From the NCBI RefSeq assembly GCF_048593235.1, contig NC_133617.1, positions 77,088,937-77,152,936 of the forward strand: DNA of 64,000 nt, in the 5' to 3' direction. Within the stretch, counting starts at the first letter, position 1. Every line of letters begins with the position of its first letter. The notes beneath the pieces are model-generated. The model was not told where the DNA came from. It ran no database searches and saw nothing but the letters and a program-made list of their open reading frames with translations. Below are positions 35,796 to 48,804 of this stretch, piece by piece. Source of the stretch: Sminthopsis crassicaudata. Lineage: Eukaryota. The translations under genes were made by a program, and so were the position numbers.

Positions 35796-35960
35796 CTGAG
35801 TGATGGGTGGAATCCCAGGCGGAACGTGCTGTAGGCTCAGTGAACCGCATTCCACAGTCATGCTGTAGCAGCGACAGCCGGTGGGGCAGCCCTGGCCCCT
35901 GAGCAGCAGGAGGCTCAGGATGGGGAGGAGGCTGGCCAGCATGGACTCCCCCAAGGCCAT
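35796..35960 (-). CDS. LRRC24: LRRC24 coding exon 1 (signal peptide, LRRNT); full CDS complement(join(31841..32799,33876..34044,35174..35452,35796..35960)), 523 aa
   Basis: MALGESMLASLLPILSLLLLRGQGCPTGCRCYSMTVECG..GIPPITQ. Acceptor tctctgacag| at 35971 upstream of the ATG; donor CAG|gtaca at 35796. Confidence 0.93.
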
Positions 35961-36544
35961 CTTAGAGGAGCTGTCAGAGAGAACAGAAAGGCTGTGAGGC
36001 CAGCACCCTCACTCACATATACCACCCCTTCCCTAGGGGGATCTGAGAGGGGTGGCACATGCCTGCAGTCACTGGATCTCCTAACCCTCCTATACCACTC
36101 TCTTGGACACGTTGCCAACATGCAGATAATCTCATCTAGCTAGACTGCTTGCAGCTGCTCTTCCCATGGCTGGTGACCCCAGTCTTCAAAGGCTGGCTCT
36201 GCCTCTTTCATGAGAGAACCCTAAAGCTCCTACTCCATTATGACCCACTCCCTTGGACCTCACATCCTTTTCCTTTTGCAGCTCTATAAACGCACTTAGG
36301 ACACAATGGTGAATAGTATACTTGTCCATATTTCCCTCCCTCTGTCCACCCCCCCCCCCCAGCAGCAAGAGGGCAGAGTCTTGCCTTGGCGTTCTGTTCA
36401 CAGCAAATACTCAACCAGTGTTTGGTGAGTAAATGCTGACAGACCACCTCATCCTGTTGCCCTACTTTAGGGATAAAGTCAGGAACTGCCTTGTTCAGGG
36501 TCAGCATCTCCCAACCCAGCCTGGGTTGATGCCCATTAAGTCCT

Positions 36545-38470
36545 CACAGTAGTGTGACCCTGGATTACTCGTCTGCCTCAGTTTTCTCAAGCATAAAATA
36601 TAGAAAATAACTCCCATAGTTGTGAGGATCCAATGAAATAATGATTGTAAAGTGTTTAGTATAGGGCCTAGACAGAAAAAGCAGTAAATAAATGTAAACT
36701 GGGTTCCCAGGCTGGTCAGGGCCACCACTGAAGGGGAAGGTGTAACAGGCCCCCTGCATTAGGGACTATCAGCTGGTCAGGACAGAAGTTTCCTCAGCTC
36801 TGAGACTTCCCAAACCGTGTCCCATGTAGTTAAATATGCTAAGAGTTTGGTCATAAGACTGAGGGCACCAGAGGAGATGCTCAATCTGGACTTGTGGCCC
36901 CCCATCAGGACTTGATGTGAGGGCCTTTTCTCCCTACTCCTTAGACCACAGAGGGCAGGGAGTTAAGGAGGGAGGAGTAAATCTGAGCTACTTCCAATTA
37001 AAACAGTGACATAGTGGGTCTGTTGGAGGGGAGAGGATGGTGGGGGGAAGCCAGGCCTCCTCTGCCCTCTCTGGAGTACTGGAGGAAAAAGCATGAGTTT
37101 GGGGTCAGGAATTTGCATTTGAAATCCAATCTAGCCTCAGATCCTTCCTAGCAGGATGACCATGAACACTTAAGTCATTTAGTTTCAGTTTTCTCCCCTG
37201 TAAAATGGGCCCAATAATAAATCTTCTTCTCAGGGTTGTTGTGAGAATCAAATGAAATAACATTTGTAAAGTGCTTTGCACAACTCTGGGCCCACAGCAG
37301 GTGCTTAATACAAGCTTGTTCCCTCCCTTCCTTCCCCTTTCAGAAGCTCATCTCTAGCCCAGGGCCATTTCCCCTTTGACTGCAGGATGAACATAAAGGT
37401 ACCTTCACTATAATGTTCATTGACTAAAAGAGGTGTCAGAGTGTCTCCCCACATAAAACGAGAAATCTTTACAATCTGAGGAGGTTGCTTGTTGGGTTGG
37501 CCATTCTGGGTCTTGCTGGGGATTTAAGGGTCTAAGAAAAGACCTGGGAAATCGGGGCTAGTGGGAATTGATTCTAGGACTCTAGAGAAGTCCCTTATTC
37601 TGTGGTCTTCCTTTCCCCTTTAACCAGGGCTTGTGTTGCTGTAGCTCCTTCTTTGTCTTTGGGATGTTTCTCATCCCATCCCAGCAGAAATTCTATCCTC
37701 TTCTAGAGGTCAGAAAGCTTCTAGAAAAACAGATGATTTCTCTAGTTGCCAAAGGTGCCCAAAGTCAGTGACCACTGGGGTGGTGAAGACAGAGAACTCC
37801 TGAATAGTACAGGACAGAATTTGTCAGCCTCCAGGCAGGAGGCTTACTCCTAGGCACAGTAGGTTCATAAGTGGACACTGTCTACACACCTGCTAGGAGA
37901 CTGGGCCCCATGCTAGGGTGATGTTTTCAAAAGAAAGCTCTGGAGAAAGGGAGAGTTAAAGAGGCAATGAAGGCACGTTCCTGAGAGAGACATTTAGAGC
38001 TGAGATGTCTGATTTCTAGCTTCCTTCACTCACTGGGTGACTGGAGGTGGCAGCTAGCTAAGCTAGTCCCAGCTCCCACTCCCATTTTTATTGTGCACTT
38101 CTGATTCCTGGGCCTTATTTATATTCTGGAGAATGAAAGGAGCGGGGAGACAGACAGACACACATACACGGAGCACATGAGATAAGAGAGGAGAGAGAGA
38201 ATATTAACATTTTATGTAATACCTACATAAAATACCTATTGTATGCCAGACACTGTGCTAAATGCTTTACAATTATTATCTCATTTGAATCTCATAATAA
38301 CCCTGAGAAACAGGTGCTATTATTATTATTTCCATTTTACAGAGAAGGAAACTGAGACAGAAGAGAGACTAAGTGACATGCCCATGGTCATACTGCTATC
38401 AAGTTTCTGAGGCTGTATTTGAAGGAACTTCCTGCCACCTCACTCACTGTGCCACTTAGCTGCCCTGGTT
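36545..38470. mobile_element. Cluster of MIR/MAR-type SINEs (about 36545-36690 +, 37080-37320 +, 38200-38470 -)
   Basis: Repeated CORE motifs (ctcagttttctc..tgtaaaatg; gaaactgagacag..aagtgac..cccatggtcata). Confidence 0.65.
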
Positions 38471-38869
38471 CCAGAAGGATTGGCAGATAGGACTGATAAG
38501 ACGATGGCCATGATGCCCACAAACAGTGGAGAATGGGAAAGGTATTGGAGGACAAACACCCTTACCCACAAGAATCAGGATCTGGCACACAGGAATAAGG
38601 ATGAGGGCTGGATCTGGATTTCACTGTTATACAGAACTTCCAGGTGAGAAACTGTCTCCACTAATGTAGGTCCCTGATTTTCTTTGTAGCTTAAAGAATC
38701 GCCTAGAACCCTGAGAGTAAGCACTGGTCTGAGATCACATAATTAGTATGTGTAAGAGGAGGAACTTGAAATCTGTCTTCAAGGACAGCTCTCTCTCTTA
38801 GCTGCCCGCCAAGTTTTACATAATGAATGTATGCAGGTCAATTTTTTAAAAAGGGAATTGAATCAGTCT

Positions 38870-40450
38870 GTGGACTCCAGGTCAATGAACTTGGCTTTGA
38901 TTTGATAAAATTATGGAACATATTACTAAAAAGGTAGTTAGTAAACATTTAACCAGAAATGGTGATCATGGAGATTTCATTTTGGGTCAGGGCAAATTAA
39001 CATTTCTTCTACATTGTACAAGATGTTCCTAAATTTTCAGTTTTCACCTTAAGTGGCTTGACCATTAATGGGTTATTAGATTGATAGGTGAAGGCAATGC
39101 TATTGACAGGGTTTATCTATCTATTTATTGTAAAGAAGAAATCTGGTCTCTCAACACTTTGGTTTAAGTGAAGTCCATATGTAGATACCAACAAAATTAG
39201 AGGAAAAGGAAGAAATAAAATGCATTGAAAGGATCATCAATTCAGAACTGGATGGGGTCTTAAAGTTCATCCATTCTGATCCCCCGGCCTCAAAGTCAAA
39301 GTCCTACAGGCAGTAAGTAAGGAGCAGAGGCAGAATCTGAAGCCAGGCCTCTGACTGCAAGTACCGGATGCCTCAGAGATCCACTTGCCCTCACCAACAG
39401 CCCCAGAGAAGTGTGCCTTCTACTTCTGTCATTAGTCCCTCGCACAGTGCATGTTGTAGAGAGTTGATGAATATTCCTTGAAGTTAATAAGCACTCTCTG
39501 GATCATTTACAACAAATGTTCAATCTCAGGCTGGAGTGGGGTCTGATCGTTTACTGGCAATATGGCCTGATTTTTAGGCAGCGATCTGGAAATTAGGTTT
39601 ACTTAGATAGTTAAGAATGTCCAACAATCACAGAATTGGGAATTAAAGGGATGTAGCACCCATTCTGTCCAACCTGGAAGGAACCTTGACTCTAATGTAG
39701 CCAGTAAGTAGTCATCTAGCCTCTGACTGAAGAACTCTATAGAGGCCAAACCCTGGACCTTGGAGGCAGCCTAGTTCACTTTTGCCTAGTTCCAGTCATT
39801 GGGAAGTTGTCCCAAGGCCTTCCCTATCTTGCTGCTTTCCTCTGGACACTCCCCAGTGCCCACAATGGACTACACCATCCCTTGCAGTCTGACCAGGGCA
39901 GAGGCTGCTGGGACCACTGTCCCCCTTGTTGTGCCTCCTGCTTTCTCATTGACTGCTTTCAGTCCACTGAACCCCCTCCCCATCTTTTAGAGAACAACTA
40001 TCTCACCAAGTTACTGCCCAAGATGATTTGGGAGGGGGGTATCTCAATGTAAGACTTTACATCAAGACTAATTTTCCTTTTGGCAGCTTTCATTTAGGAT
40101 CCTGACTCTATAATCCAGTGCATTAGTCAAGCTCTGTCATCAGCAAAGTTTATGAGCATGCCATTTATCCCTTTATCCATATCCAAGTGAGTGATTAAAA
40201 TGTTAAGCAAAGCCAAGGGCAGATCCTGGGGTGCTCCACTGCTGCTTCTGCCACGACAACATTCAACCATTAATGAGTCCAAGGTTGGCTAACCAACTTG
40301 TTGTGAAGACATTAAATTGGATTATTGTCTAGTGCCCATCTTACTTCTATCTTTTCCACAAAAATACTGAGATATTTTATCTAAAGCTTACTAAAAATCC
40401 AGATAAACTATATCTAGAGTATTCCCTTCATCTCCTAGTTTAGTAATCCT
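38870..40450. mobile_element. L3/CR1 RT-region fragments (about 38870-39200 +, 40090-40450 -)
   Basis: gctttgatttgataaa (AFD-like motif of the CR1 RT) and antisense CR1 motifs. Confidence 0.45.
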
Positions 40451-41699
40451 GTCAAAAAAATAAAGAGGTTACATAACCTGGATTTCTGCCCATTTTCCTT
40501 CTTCCCTGCATCGAGCTGCCCCTTCCCTCTACTCTGCTCAACACTTCCTCTCCTCCCTCTGTACCAGTCTTGTCAGAACATTAAATTACATCTGATTTGG
40601 GCCAAGAAGGAGCTGCAGCTGTCCAATTAAGCTAATCAGAGCCAGCTTGACAGCGGGGAAGGAAGATCTTTCACCAATTCTCCAGCCTCCTATTGACAAT
40701 CTATTTCCTTTGCCATCTCAAGTCTCCCACTTAACTTTCTCTCTTTTTCTTTGGCCCTGGCCTTTGAGCTTGCTTTGCTAAAGTTTTGAGTGGTTGAGGA
40801 GCCCCCAAAGAATATATACAGTTTATATGAAGAGACTTTACTGTGTTTTGTTACTAGACTAGAAGCCATAGGGAAAAAAAAAAAAAAAAAAAAACAACCA
40901 CCACTACCTTGGACTAAACCAGAGCAGGTTTAGATCATGGGAAGGTCTCAGAATGAAGAAATTGTAACAAATTGGAGGTGGAGAAAATCCTGAGCAGAGC
41001 GATTCAGCGTTGAGGGATTCAGGTATGAGGGATAGTCATTTGAGGACAGATTCAAAGGATGTTGCACCTACAACTTGGAAAGATACCAGCTTAAATGGGG
41101 TGAAAATCTGGGTACAGACCCAAACCAGGAGGACACATCAGGCTTTTTACCTTTAGTCTCCAGCCCCAGCCTCTTGTTACACTATGTGGCCCCCCAAGTC
41201 TGACTCAGGATACTTACCTCCCATTCCCCTTCAGCCTTTCTCTCAGGGTATGATAATCAAATCTCCAAACAGAGGCCTGACCATAGCCTGGAAGGGTGTT
41301 TCCACTCTAAGGTCCTATAGTTAGGAAGCTCATCTCCGGGCAGAATCTCTGGAGCTCTAAAATGCCCAAATGCAAACTCTTTTCCTGACTACCTGCCACT
41401 TCTCACTTCCTTATCCCTGTCCACATCATCCCTAGGCTTCCCTTTTCCCTGCCTTGCTTTGGCCAGTCTTGTCCTTTGATCCTGTCGATGGCTCTTCTCT
41501 TGTTAACAATCTGTCATTTATACCAGACCTCTAACTTCTTCCAGGAGACACTGAATCCATCCCTGGCTATTCTTTTCAGTGCTGGATGTACTTTCTCTAT
41601 GGCCTTAGACAACACGGGTCAGGCAGAGCCACCATGCTCCTGGATCCTCACTGCCACCTTGCTCCCCTGTCCCTTTGCTTCTATGAGACTCCCTCTTCT

Positions 41700-44600
41700 G
41701 TCCAGACTCAGGTAGCCGAGCTGCAGGGCCATCCTCTCCCAAGTCATTCAGTGCCCGGCTCACACTTCTCTTCACCTCCACCTTGCTCTTTTACTTGGAG
41801 ACATCAACATCCATGCTTATTTCTCCTTTGGGCTCTTGCTTTCCAGTTACCACCCACTTCAGCCATTATGGTCATCTGTACTTCAGTTGACCTCTGCCAT
41901 GAGGGGTGTTCGACTTCCTCAGTGCAGAACGCTGAAATCCTTCTAACACTTCTCCTAAAAAGCAAAACTTGTCAGATAACCTCCATGGTGTCCTCATTGA
42001 TGCCCTCTAATTCTTTTTCTCTTCCTTTACTGACACTTTATCTTAATCCCCACAGCATCTGTTCCAAATCTTTACTCAAATAATCAACAACAATTTATTA
42101 CATGGCTTTTCTGGGTCAGCACTGTGCTAGGCTCTAGGAATATGAAAGCAAAAATGAGGCGATCCCTCAAAGAGCTTTACCATCTGTCAGGGAGACACAA
42201 TCACTTAAGTGAATATATGGACAAGGTAATAAATAGCTTTATATTTACAAATATAGTACAATATATACAAGATGAGTTTTTTGGGCAGGTCACTAAAGTA
42301 GCTTGGGGATCAAGAGTCAGAGAGTAGTTCTGAAGAATTTTGAAGGAAACAATGGCTTTGAAGAATTGAAGCTAAGAAGAACTGTACTCTTGTTTCTAGT
42401 TCCTCACCTCCAACTCATTTCTCAATCCCTTTCAATTTGGCTTTCTCTTTGTCCCTCAACTGAAGCTGCTCTATTCTAGATCACCACTGATTTCTTACTA
42501 AATTTTTATCCATCTTTATCCTTCTTTAGTCCTCTATAACTTTGACACTTGACCTCCCTCTCCTTCTGGATTCTAACTGCATTTCAATTGAACAGATCAT
42601 TTATTAAAATGCCTTATTAATGTGGTAGTTACTATTCTGGGTTCTGGATATACAAAGGCAACAAAGCAGTTCCTGCCCTCAAGGAGTTCCTATTTTATTG
42701 GTTTCTCCTTTCTGGGTTTTCATGGTATGACCCTCTCCTGGCTGCTCTTTCTCAGTCTCCTTTCAGGGTCATAAACAATATTTCACCCCCATATATGGGT
42801 ATACCCTAGAACTCTGTTCTGGAACCTCTTGGAACACTCTCTTTGAACGCTCCCTTCTATGCAAATGATTCTCAAATCTACTTTCTCCCAAATTCCTCTC
42901 CTGAATTGCTAGCTCCAAGCCTATATTAATTGTTGTAAATTTTCACTTGCTTGTGCATATACATCTGGCTTCTCTAATTCAATGTGTCTAAATAAGAACT
43001 CTGATCTTTCACTCTCTTCTCTCAGGGTATTTGTGACACTGCTCTATCTTAGTCTTGTTTCCATCTGGCCACTCTTTGATCTTGTAGCAAAGGCTCACCA
43101 TTCATAAAATACCTCTTGTCCTATTCCCCCCCCCCCTTTTTTTTTCTCTTGATCTCACTTGATTTGGGTTTAATAATCATCTCAATGTAGAAGAGAGAAG
43201 ACTCTCTCTCTCTAGAGCTATAGCAACCCATCTTCAATTTCCTGCTGGTTTTGAAGTGGATGTCCTAAGGGCATCTCAAGCACTTTATGTCTCATACAGA
43301 ATGCAACATCTTTCTTCCGTTTTTCTGATAAGGGTATTATTACCTTCCAGTCATTAAGGTTTACGATCTCAATGAGATTCTTTGCCCTACAAATGCCAAA
43401 TTTTATCATTTCTACCTTTACAACCTCTGTGACATCCATTCCTCTTCTTTCTCTTTATTTATACACCTACCAGTCTAGGTTGAGTTTTCAGGGACTCAGC
43501 ATGGACTGTGACAATAGCTTCTTAATAGTTTTCCCTACCTCAACTCACTTCCTACTCCCATCCAGCCTCCAAGCAATTGTTAAAAGTCATTTTCCTAAAG
43601 CACAGGTATGGCCGGGTCACTCCCTTACTCAAGTAATGTCACTGGCTCCCTAAAACTTTCAGGTTTAAATGTAAAACACTGCTTGGCTTTGAAACATTCA
43701 CAACCTGGCTCCCAGGATGCCTTTCCCGTTTTTTGATTATACATTCGTCCTCTTTCTGGGCTCTACGGTCCACCTTAAGCGTCTTGCTTTTCCTCACACA
43801 TGACATACACTGGCTTCCCTCTATGTCTCCCTGTGGACTATACCCCTCCTGCACTCTCTCTCCTCACCTTTGAGGCCTTCAAAGCTCCCCTCCCATGTCA
43901 CCTTCTATAGGAAGCCTTTCCTGACCCCCCCACCCGCGTCCTCGCCGCCAGCGCAAATCAGTTCACACATGTGCCAGCTCTCCATATGTAGCCAGCCCAC
44001 GGTTGCCCGGGAGCCAAGCGGAAGGAGCTGGATCTTGGAATCTACGTCTTTCGCCTCCCACTGGGCTTCCTTCAGTCACTCTCCCTATGCCCACACCCCG
44101 CTCTTCTTTGGTCAGAGGGCCAGAGCGGGGGCAGGAGGGAACGTACTGGGTACCACAACGGGCTCATTCTAACTGAGGTGCCCAAAGAACAAGTGCTCAT
44201 AGTCCATGTAGATCCCTTTCCCTGCTTGCTTAGAACTGGCTTACGTAATGATAAAAAGTCATTAATAAAATCATCCCAGCTGGAGCCCCCAGATTAATTC
44301 CTGCCACGTGAACAGATTTGAGTATTCTTCCTGCTAGGAATCGCCTCTCAGTTTTCCCCCTTTTCTCCTGTGGATTATCCTATGTGGACACACGGTCCTT
44401 CTTGATAATGATTGTTCTTAAAGTGACGGAAAAGCATTTTCACAGAAACACAAGAGGGATTATAACTGACAAAAGAAATAGGAATCTAGCAGTAAAATTC
44501 CTGCCATTTGTTGGTAGAGAGAAAACAGGAGGAGAAAGGAAGGGTTGAAGTTCGTCACAGCTTTCCCAGCCCGGGGCGGGGAGCGGGGAGAAGGGAAGGA

Positions 44601-45130
44601 GCTGGGGGGGTAGGGGAAGGGGGAAGAGGGGTATTTAGCTCCCCTTTCTCCGCCTGGTTCTCCCTTAACAACTGCAGATGCTTCCGCCTCCGGCTCCTTT
44701 CTTCCCTCACCCTCCCCACGGCCTCGGCTCCGGCCCTCCAGTGCAGGCTCACGCCTGCGGATTTCCTCACTGGACTCCCTTCCACACAACTTCCAAACTG
44801 ATGGACCTAACGCAAAGGTTCCGCGCGTCCTACAGCTCTCACTGGCTCCCCATTGCTTCGGGTTAAAATAGAAACGCCTTTCGAAGACTGACTCCAACCT
44901 ATCACTCCAGACTCACAACACGCTGCTCCCAGTTAAATCACATCCCGCGTTCCTTCTAAAAGAGTTATTTGCAACAGTCCAGTTCCACTGCACAGACTAT
45001 CTCTGAGGCCCGGCCCAAGCTCTCTCTCCTTATCTTTTGCCTCCAGGAAGCCTAATCTCCACCTTGAGATTCTGGTCAAGTGTTATTTTCCAAAGGAAGT
45101 CTTTCCTGACTTCCCTAGTTAGTAATAACT
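41700..45130. mobile_element. Mosaic of L2 fragments
   Basis: Several L2 ORF2 and 3' motifs (ttggagacatcaacatccatg; tttcctaaagcacagg; ctcactggctccccattgc; gaagcctttcctgac). Confidence 0.65.
43930..45020. promoter_or_regulatory. Orphan CpG-enriched segment (possible alternative promoter or enhancer)
   Basis: Local CpG excess, GC box GGGGCGGGG at 44573-44581, E-box CACGTG at 44305-44310, TTACGTAA at 44241-44248. Confidence 0.45.
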
Positions 45131-45179
45131 TCCCCTCCCAGAAATGATTTTATTTAATAGAGTATTTTATTTATTTATA

Positions 45180-45181
<2 letters not shown>

Positions 45182-45214
<33 letters not shown>
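45182..45214. repeat. (TG)n microsatellite
   Basis: Direct reading. Confidence 0.97.
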
Positions 45215-45216
<2 letters not shown>

Positions 45217-45234
45217 ATCTTGTTCCTGCCCAAT

Positions 45235-45620
45235 TAAGTATTACAGAATGAAGTTTAATGGGGATATGAGGGTTTTAGTGGACCAAAAGATCAACAACAG
45301 TTGACATGGCAGCTGAAAAAATTAAAGCCGTGTTATCCAGAACAAAAGGGGGCGGGATAGACCATCTCTGGGGGACTGCATTCCCTTCTCTACATGGATG
45401 AAAGAGAGCGTGTCTGGGGGCAGCAGCTAGCATGGGAAGCAGCCCGAAGGCCTCACTCCTGCAGAGCAGCAGTGCAGGATGTGGCTATATTCAGACTGAC
45501 TGTACCAGACTCTGGGGAGGGGGGGGAGAGTCCTTCTGTTCTGCCCCAGAAGGTAGAGTCCAAGGCCGGGTTGATTGCAAAGGCAGATAGATGTCAGCCT
45601 AACAGAGAAGAGCTGTCCAG
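45235..45620 (+). mobile_element. L3/CR1 3' fragment
   Basis: ttttagtggac..gacatggcagctgaaaaa..; continues the CR1 3' pattern. Confidence 0.5.
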
Positions 45621-45639
45621 AACTGAAGCAGGTGGACTC

Positions 45640-46360
45640 CTGAAGTTGTGGACAGAGTGTAGTGTGAAGAGAGCTGGACTTCCAGGCAGAAAGACCCAAA
45701 TTCAAATCCCACCTCAGACACTGACTAGCTGTTTGACCATTCACAAGACATAATTTCTAAAAGCCTGTTTCTTCAATTATAGAATGGACCTGACAGTAAA
45801 ACCCACCTCATACACTCGTGAGGATTAAATGAGATTGTACACACCCATACACATATATGTATATATATAGTTATATGTGTACTTACTTATTACATATATA
45901 AAATACTTGCAGACCTTCAAGCACCCCATAATGTGAGCTAATATCATTATCACTGGAGGGTTTTGAGCAGAGCCTAGATTTTGGGTCAAGGATGTTGTGC
46001 CTCCAAATGGACAAACCAGAAATACCATTATATACAAAAGGGACTGTGTCCCAAAGTCCAAGCTGTGTGAATGACTCCTGCCTTGATGGTTTCCCCCAGT
46101 TGTGGACCAAGAGGCCGATGGCCCTGAGGCTGATGGTGATGTAATGGGGGGAGCTCTGGACCTGATGTCAGGAAGATCTGCATTCAGATCTGGCCTCAGA
46201 CACTAGCTGTGTGATCTTGGACTAGTTAGATAATCTCAGTTTCTTCAACTATAAAATAGGGATGATAACAGCACCTACATCCAGGGTGGTTGTAAGGTTC
46301 AAATAATTTAACATTTGTGAAGTGCCGGGCACATAGTAGATGCTTAATAAATACTTATTC
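45640..46360 (+). mobile_element. Two MIR SINEs (about 45640-45840 and 46160-46360)
   Basis: ttcaaatcccacctcagacactgactagctgt..; ttcagatctggcctcagacactagctgtgtgatcttgg.. Confidence 0.7.
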
Positions 46361-46584
46361 CCTTCCATTCAACCCATTCTTCTAAGATTTCTCAGATAAA
46401 GGTCCAAGGAAAGGAACATTCCTGTTCTCTAATGCTCATTTTGCAGAGCAGAGCACCCAGCCAGCATTGTGAAAAGTGTGGCCAGAGCAGCTGAAAGACC
46501 CTGTTTCAGGGGGAACAAGTGAGCACCAGCAGGATTGTGGAGTTGTCACTGGTGCTTCTCGAGAAGGAAAGGTCAATGACATCA

Positions 46585-46710
46585 AGAGGGTGATGTCTTG
46601 TCTTGCAAATGAGTTGGAGTTAAGTGAGCTAGAGCCATCCAGATCTCACATCTAGAGTCATTTGGAGTTCAACAGCAAGACACAGGTCAGGACAGCTGGC
46701 CATGGCCTTG
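46585..46710 (+). mobile_element. RTE-related marsupial SINE fragment (MAR1/RTESINE-like)
   Basis: ggtgatgtcttgtcttgcaaatgagttggagttaagtgag..ggtcaggacagctggccatggcc motif. Confidence 0.5.
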
Positions 46711-47060
46711 GATTAGAATGAACAACATTAGAATAACAACATCAGCAAAAAGAATTTAAAAAGTGAGGAAAGACAAGTCTGTGTGCATGATGCACTCATC
46801 CCTGAAAGGAAGGGCTGTGATACATTCTCCCTGAATCTTTCTGGGGAAGGACCAATGAGACGGGAAGAAAAGCATCCTGTGGAGATGACAAAGTTTGGGG
46901 AAAGAGTATGTCTGTAGAACGAGAGATGCCAATTCAAGAACTCTGTGGCCAAAATCTCAACCTGAAAAAGTTAGCACACACACAAGCGTGCACCCATGAG
47001 TGCACATACATACCCCCCCACTCTCTTGTGGGTTAGCCATTGCCCAGGGGAGCAGAGGGG
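46711..47060 (+). repeat. Inverted repeat, left arm
   Basis: Reverse complement of 48714-49083; 46822-46928 is identical to revcomp(48879-48985) over 107 nt. Confidence 0.95.
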
Positions 47061-47499
47061 CTGCCTTTTTAAGCTCGGGTCCTTCCAGGGTCTCAGTTTG
47101 TTTGAGAGAACACAGATTCAATGATTAAAGCCTAGGGTAAGAATTGAGGCAAAAGATAATCTAGTTTGACTCCCCAGAAGAATCCATCTGGGAGAAGAGC
47201 TTCAGAGTTTCTGGCCAGAACAGAAACTCTTCTGTTGTGAAGTGAGGGCAGCCGGGAAGAGCAGGGTCTGCATGGTTGAAAAACATGGAGAGAACAAATG
47301 GATCATAGAGACTGGGGCTAGCTACACCAAAAGAAAAGCAGTAATAAATAATCCAGGACTGTTCTGGAGCCCACGCCTACAGGCTCCTAATGGTTACATC
47401 TTCAGTGGTAGCTTTTAAGACCTCAGAAATCAACAAATGCTACAAATCAGCCTTGATTTAGTGCTTTGTACAAACTTAAGTGATTGAGAAAATGTTAAT

Positions 47500-47960
47500 A
47501 ATGCAGATTAAACTTAAAGGTATGTCCTGTATTTTAAAAAATCTCCATTTTGGTATATGAATATAATGGAATATTATTATTCTATAAGAAATGAGGAGCA
47601 GGCTGATTTCAGAAAAGCCTGGGAAAAACTCACATGAACTGACGCAGAGTGGAGTGAGCTGAATCAAGAGAATGTTGTACACAGTAACAAGATTATATGA
47701 TGATCAACTATAATAGACTTGGCTCTTCTCAGCAAGTCAATGATTTAAGACCATTTCAATAGATTTAGGATGAAAAATGCCATCCACATCCAGAAAGAGA
47801 GCTATGGAATCTAAGTGGGGATTGAAGTATAGTGTTTTCACCTTTTTTTTTTTTTGGCTTTTTTTTTCCTTTTTTGGAATGATTTTTCTTGTATAGCATA
47901 AGAAATATGGAAATATATTTTAAAAGATTGAACTTATTTAACCTATGTTAGATGTTTAGC
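47500..47960 (+). mobile_element. L1 3'-end fragment inside the inverted-repeat spacer
   Basis: tataatggaatattattattctataagaaatgaggagcaggctgatttcagaaaagcctgg..catgaactga, a marsupial L1 3' UTR motif. Confidence 0.7.
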
Positions 47961-48089
47961 AAATGTTAATAGTTTAGCTGTTTTAATGATAAAATGTTCT
48001 TTGCTTAAATAAAAGTCAATACCACCAAAAAACTCTCCATTTTTTGAACTGATTCTTGAACATTTACTAACATATCTTGATAGTAACTG

Positions 48090-48315
48090 AAATTTCTAAC
48101 AGTTTAAGGTTTGTAAAGCACTTGGCATGTATCTCAGTTGATTCCACAACAACTGTATTATGGTAGATGCTAATGTTATCTGCATTTTACATAAGAGAAA
48201 ATTATGGCTGAGAGTAAGTGACTTGCCCAGCATCATATAGTTAGCAAGTGTCTGAGGCAGGATTTGAATTAAAATCTTCCTGACTCCAAGTCTAGCCTTT
48301 TATCCATTGGGTAAT
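48090..48315 (-). mobile_element. MIR SINE inside the inverted-repeat spacer
   Basis: ttttacataagagaaa..aagtgacttgcccagcatcatatag..ggatttgaa..tcctgactccaag. Confidence 0.7.
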
Positions 48316-48713
48316 TAAGATTCAAATGTGATAAAGATGCATAGCAGGATACTGAACCCAGTGTTAGCCTCAACCCCATCTTCCATAGTATAACAGGAGC
48401 CTGGCCAGCTGTCCCCCTTTGGGCTGTCCTGGTCCAGGCACTGCCCCCACCTTTCCCCTCTCAAGTAAGAGAGTAGATGAACCCAACTTGATGCCCCATA
48501 TCTGTCTCCCATCAGGACAGGGGTGGTTGGGACTGAAGCTGCTGCTGCCTCTCCATCTGGGATCCCCACTGATGAAATCTGCACCTGTTCTAGAATCATC
48601 CCCTACAGAAGGGATTAGAACCACATATTAGACTCCAACTGGGCACTTTCAGGATAATCTTTCTGATGGGCCTGGGCTACAGCTGCAAACCAGTTGTCCT
48701 TAGCTCTCAAAAT

Positions 48714-48757
48714 CCCCTCTGCTCCCCTGGGCAACCCACAAGGGAGTGGGGTGTGTG

Positions 48758-48804
<47 letters not shown>

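Noticed and set aside
41586-42083. 165-aa plus-strand ORF
   Set aside because: Lies in decayed L2 sequence; no intact RT or endonuclease motifs.
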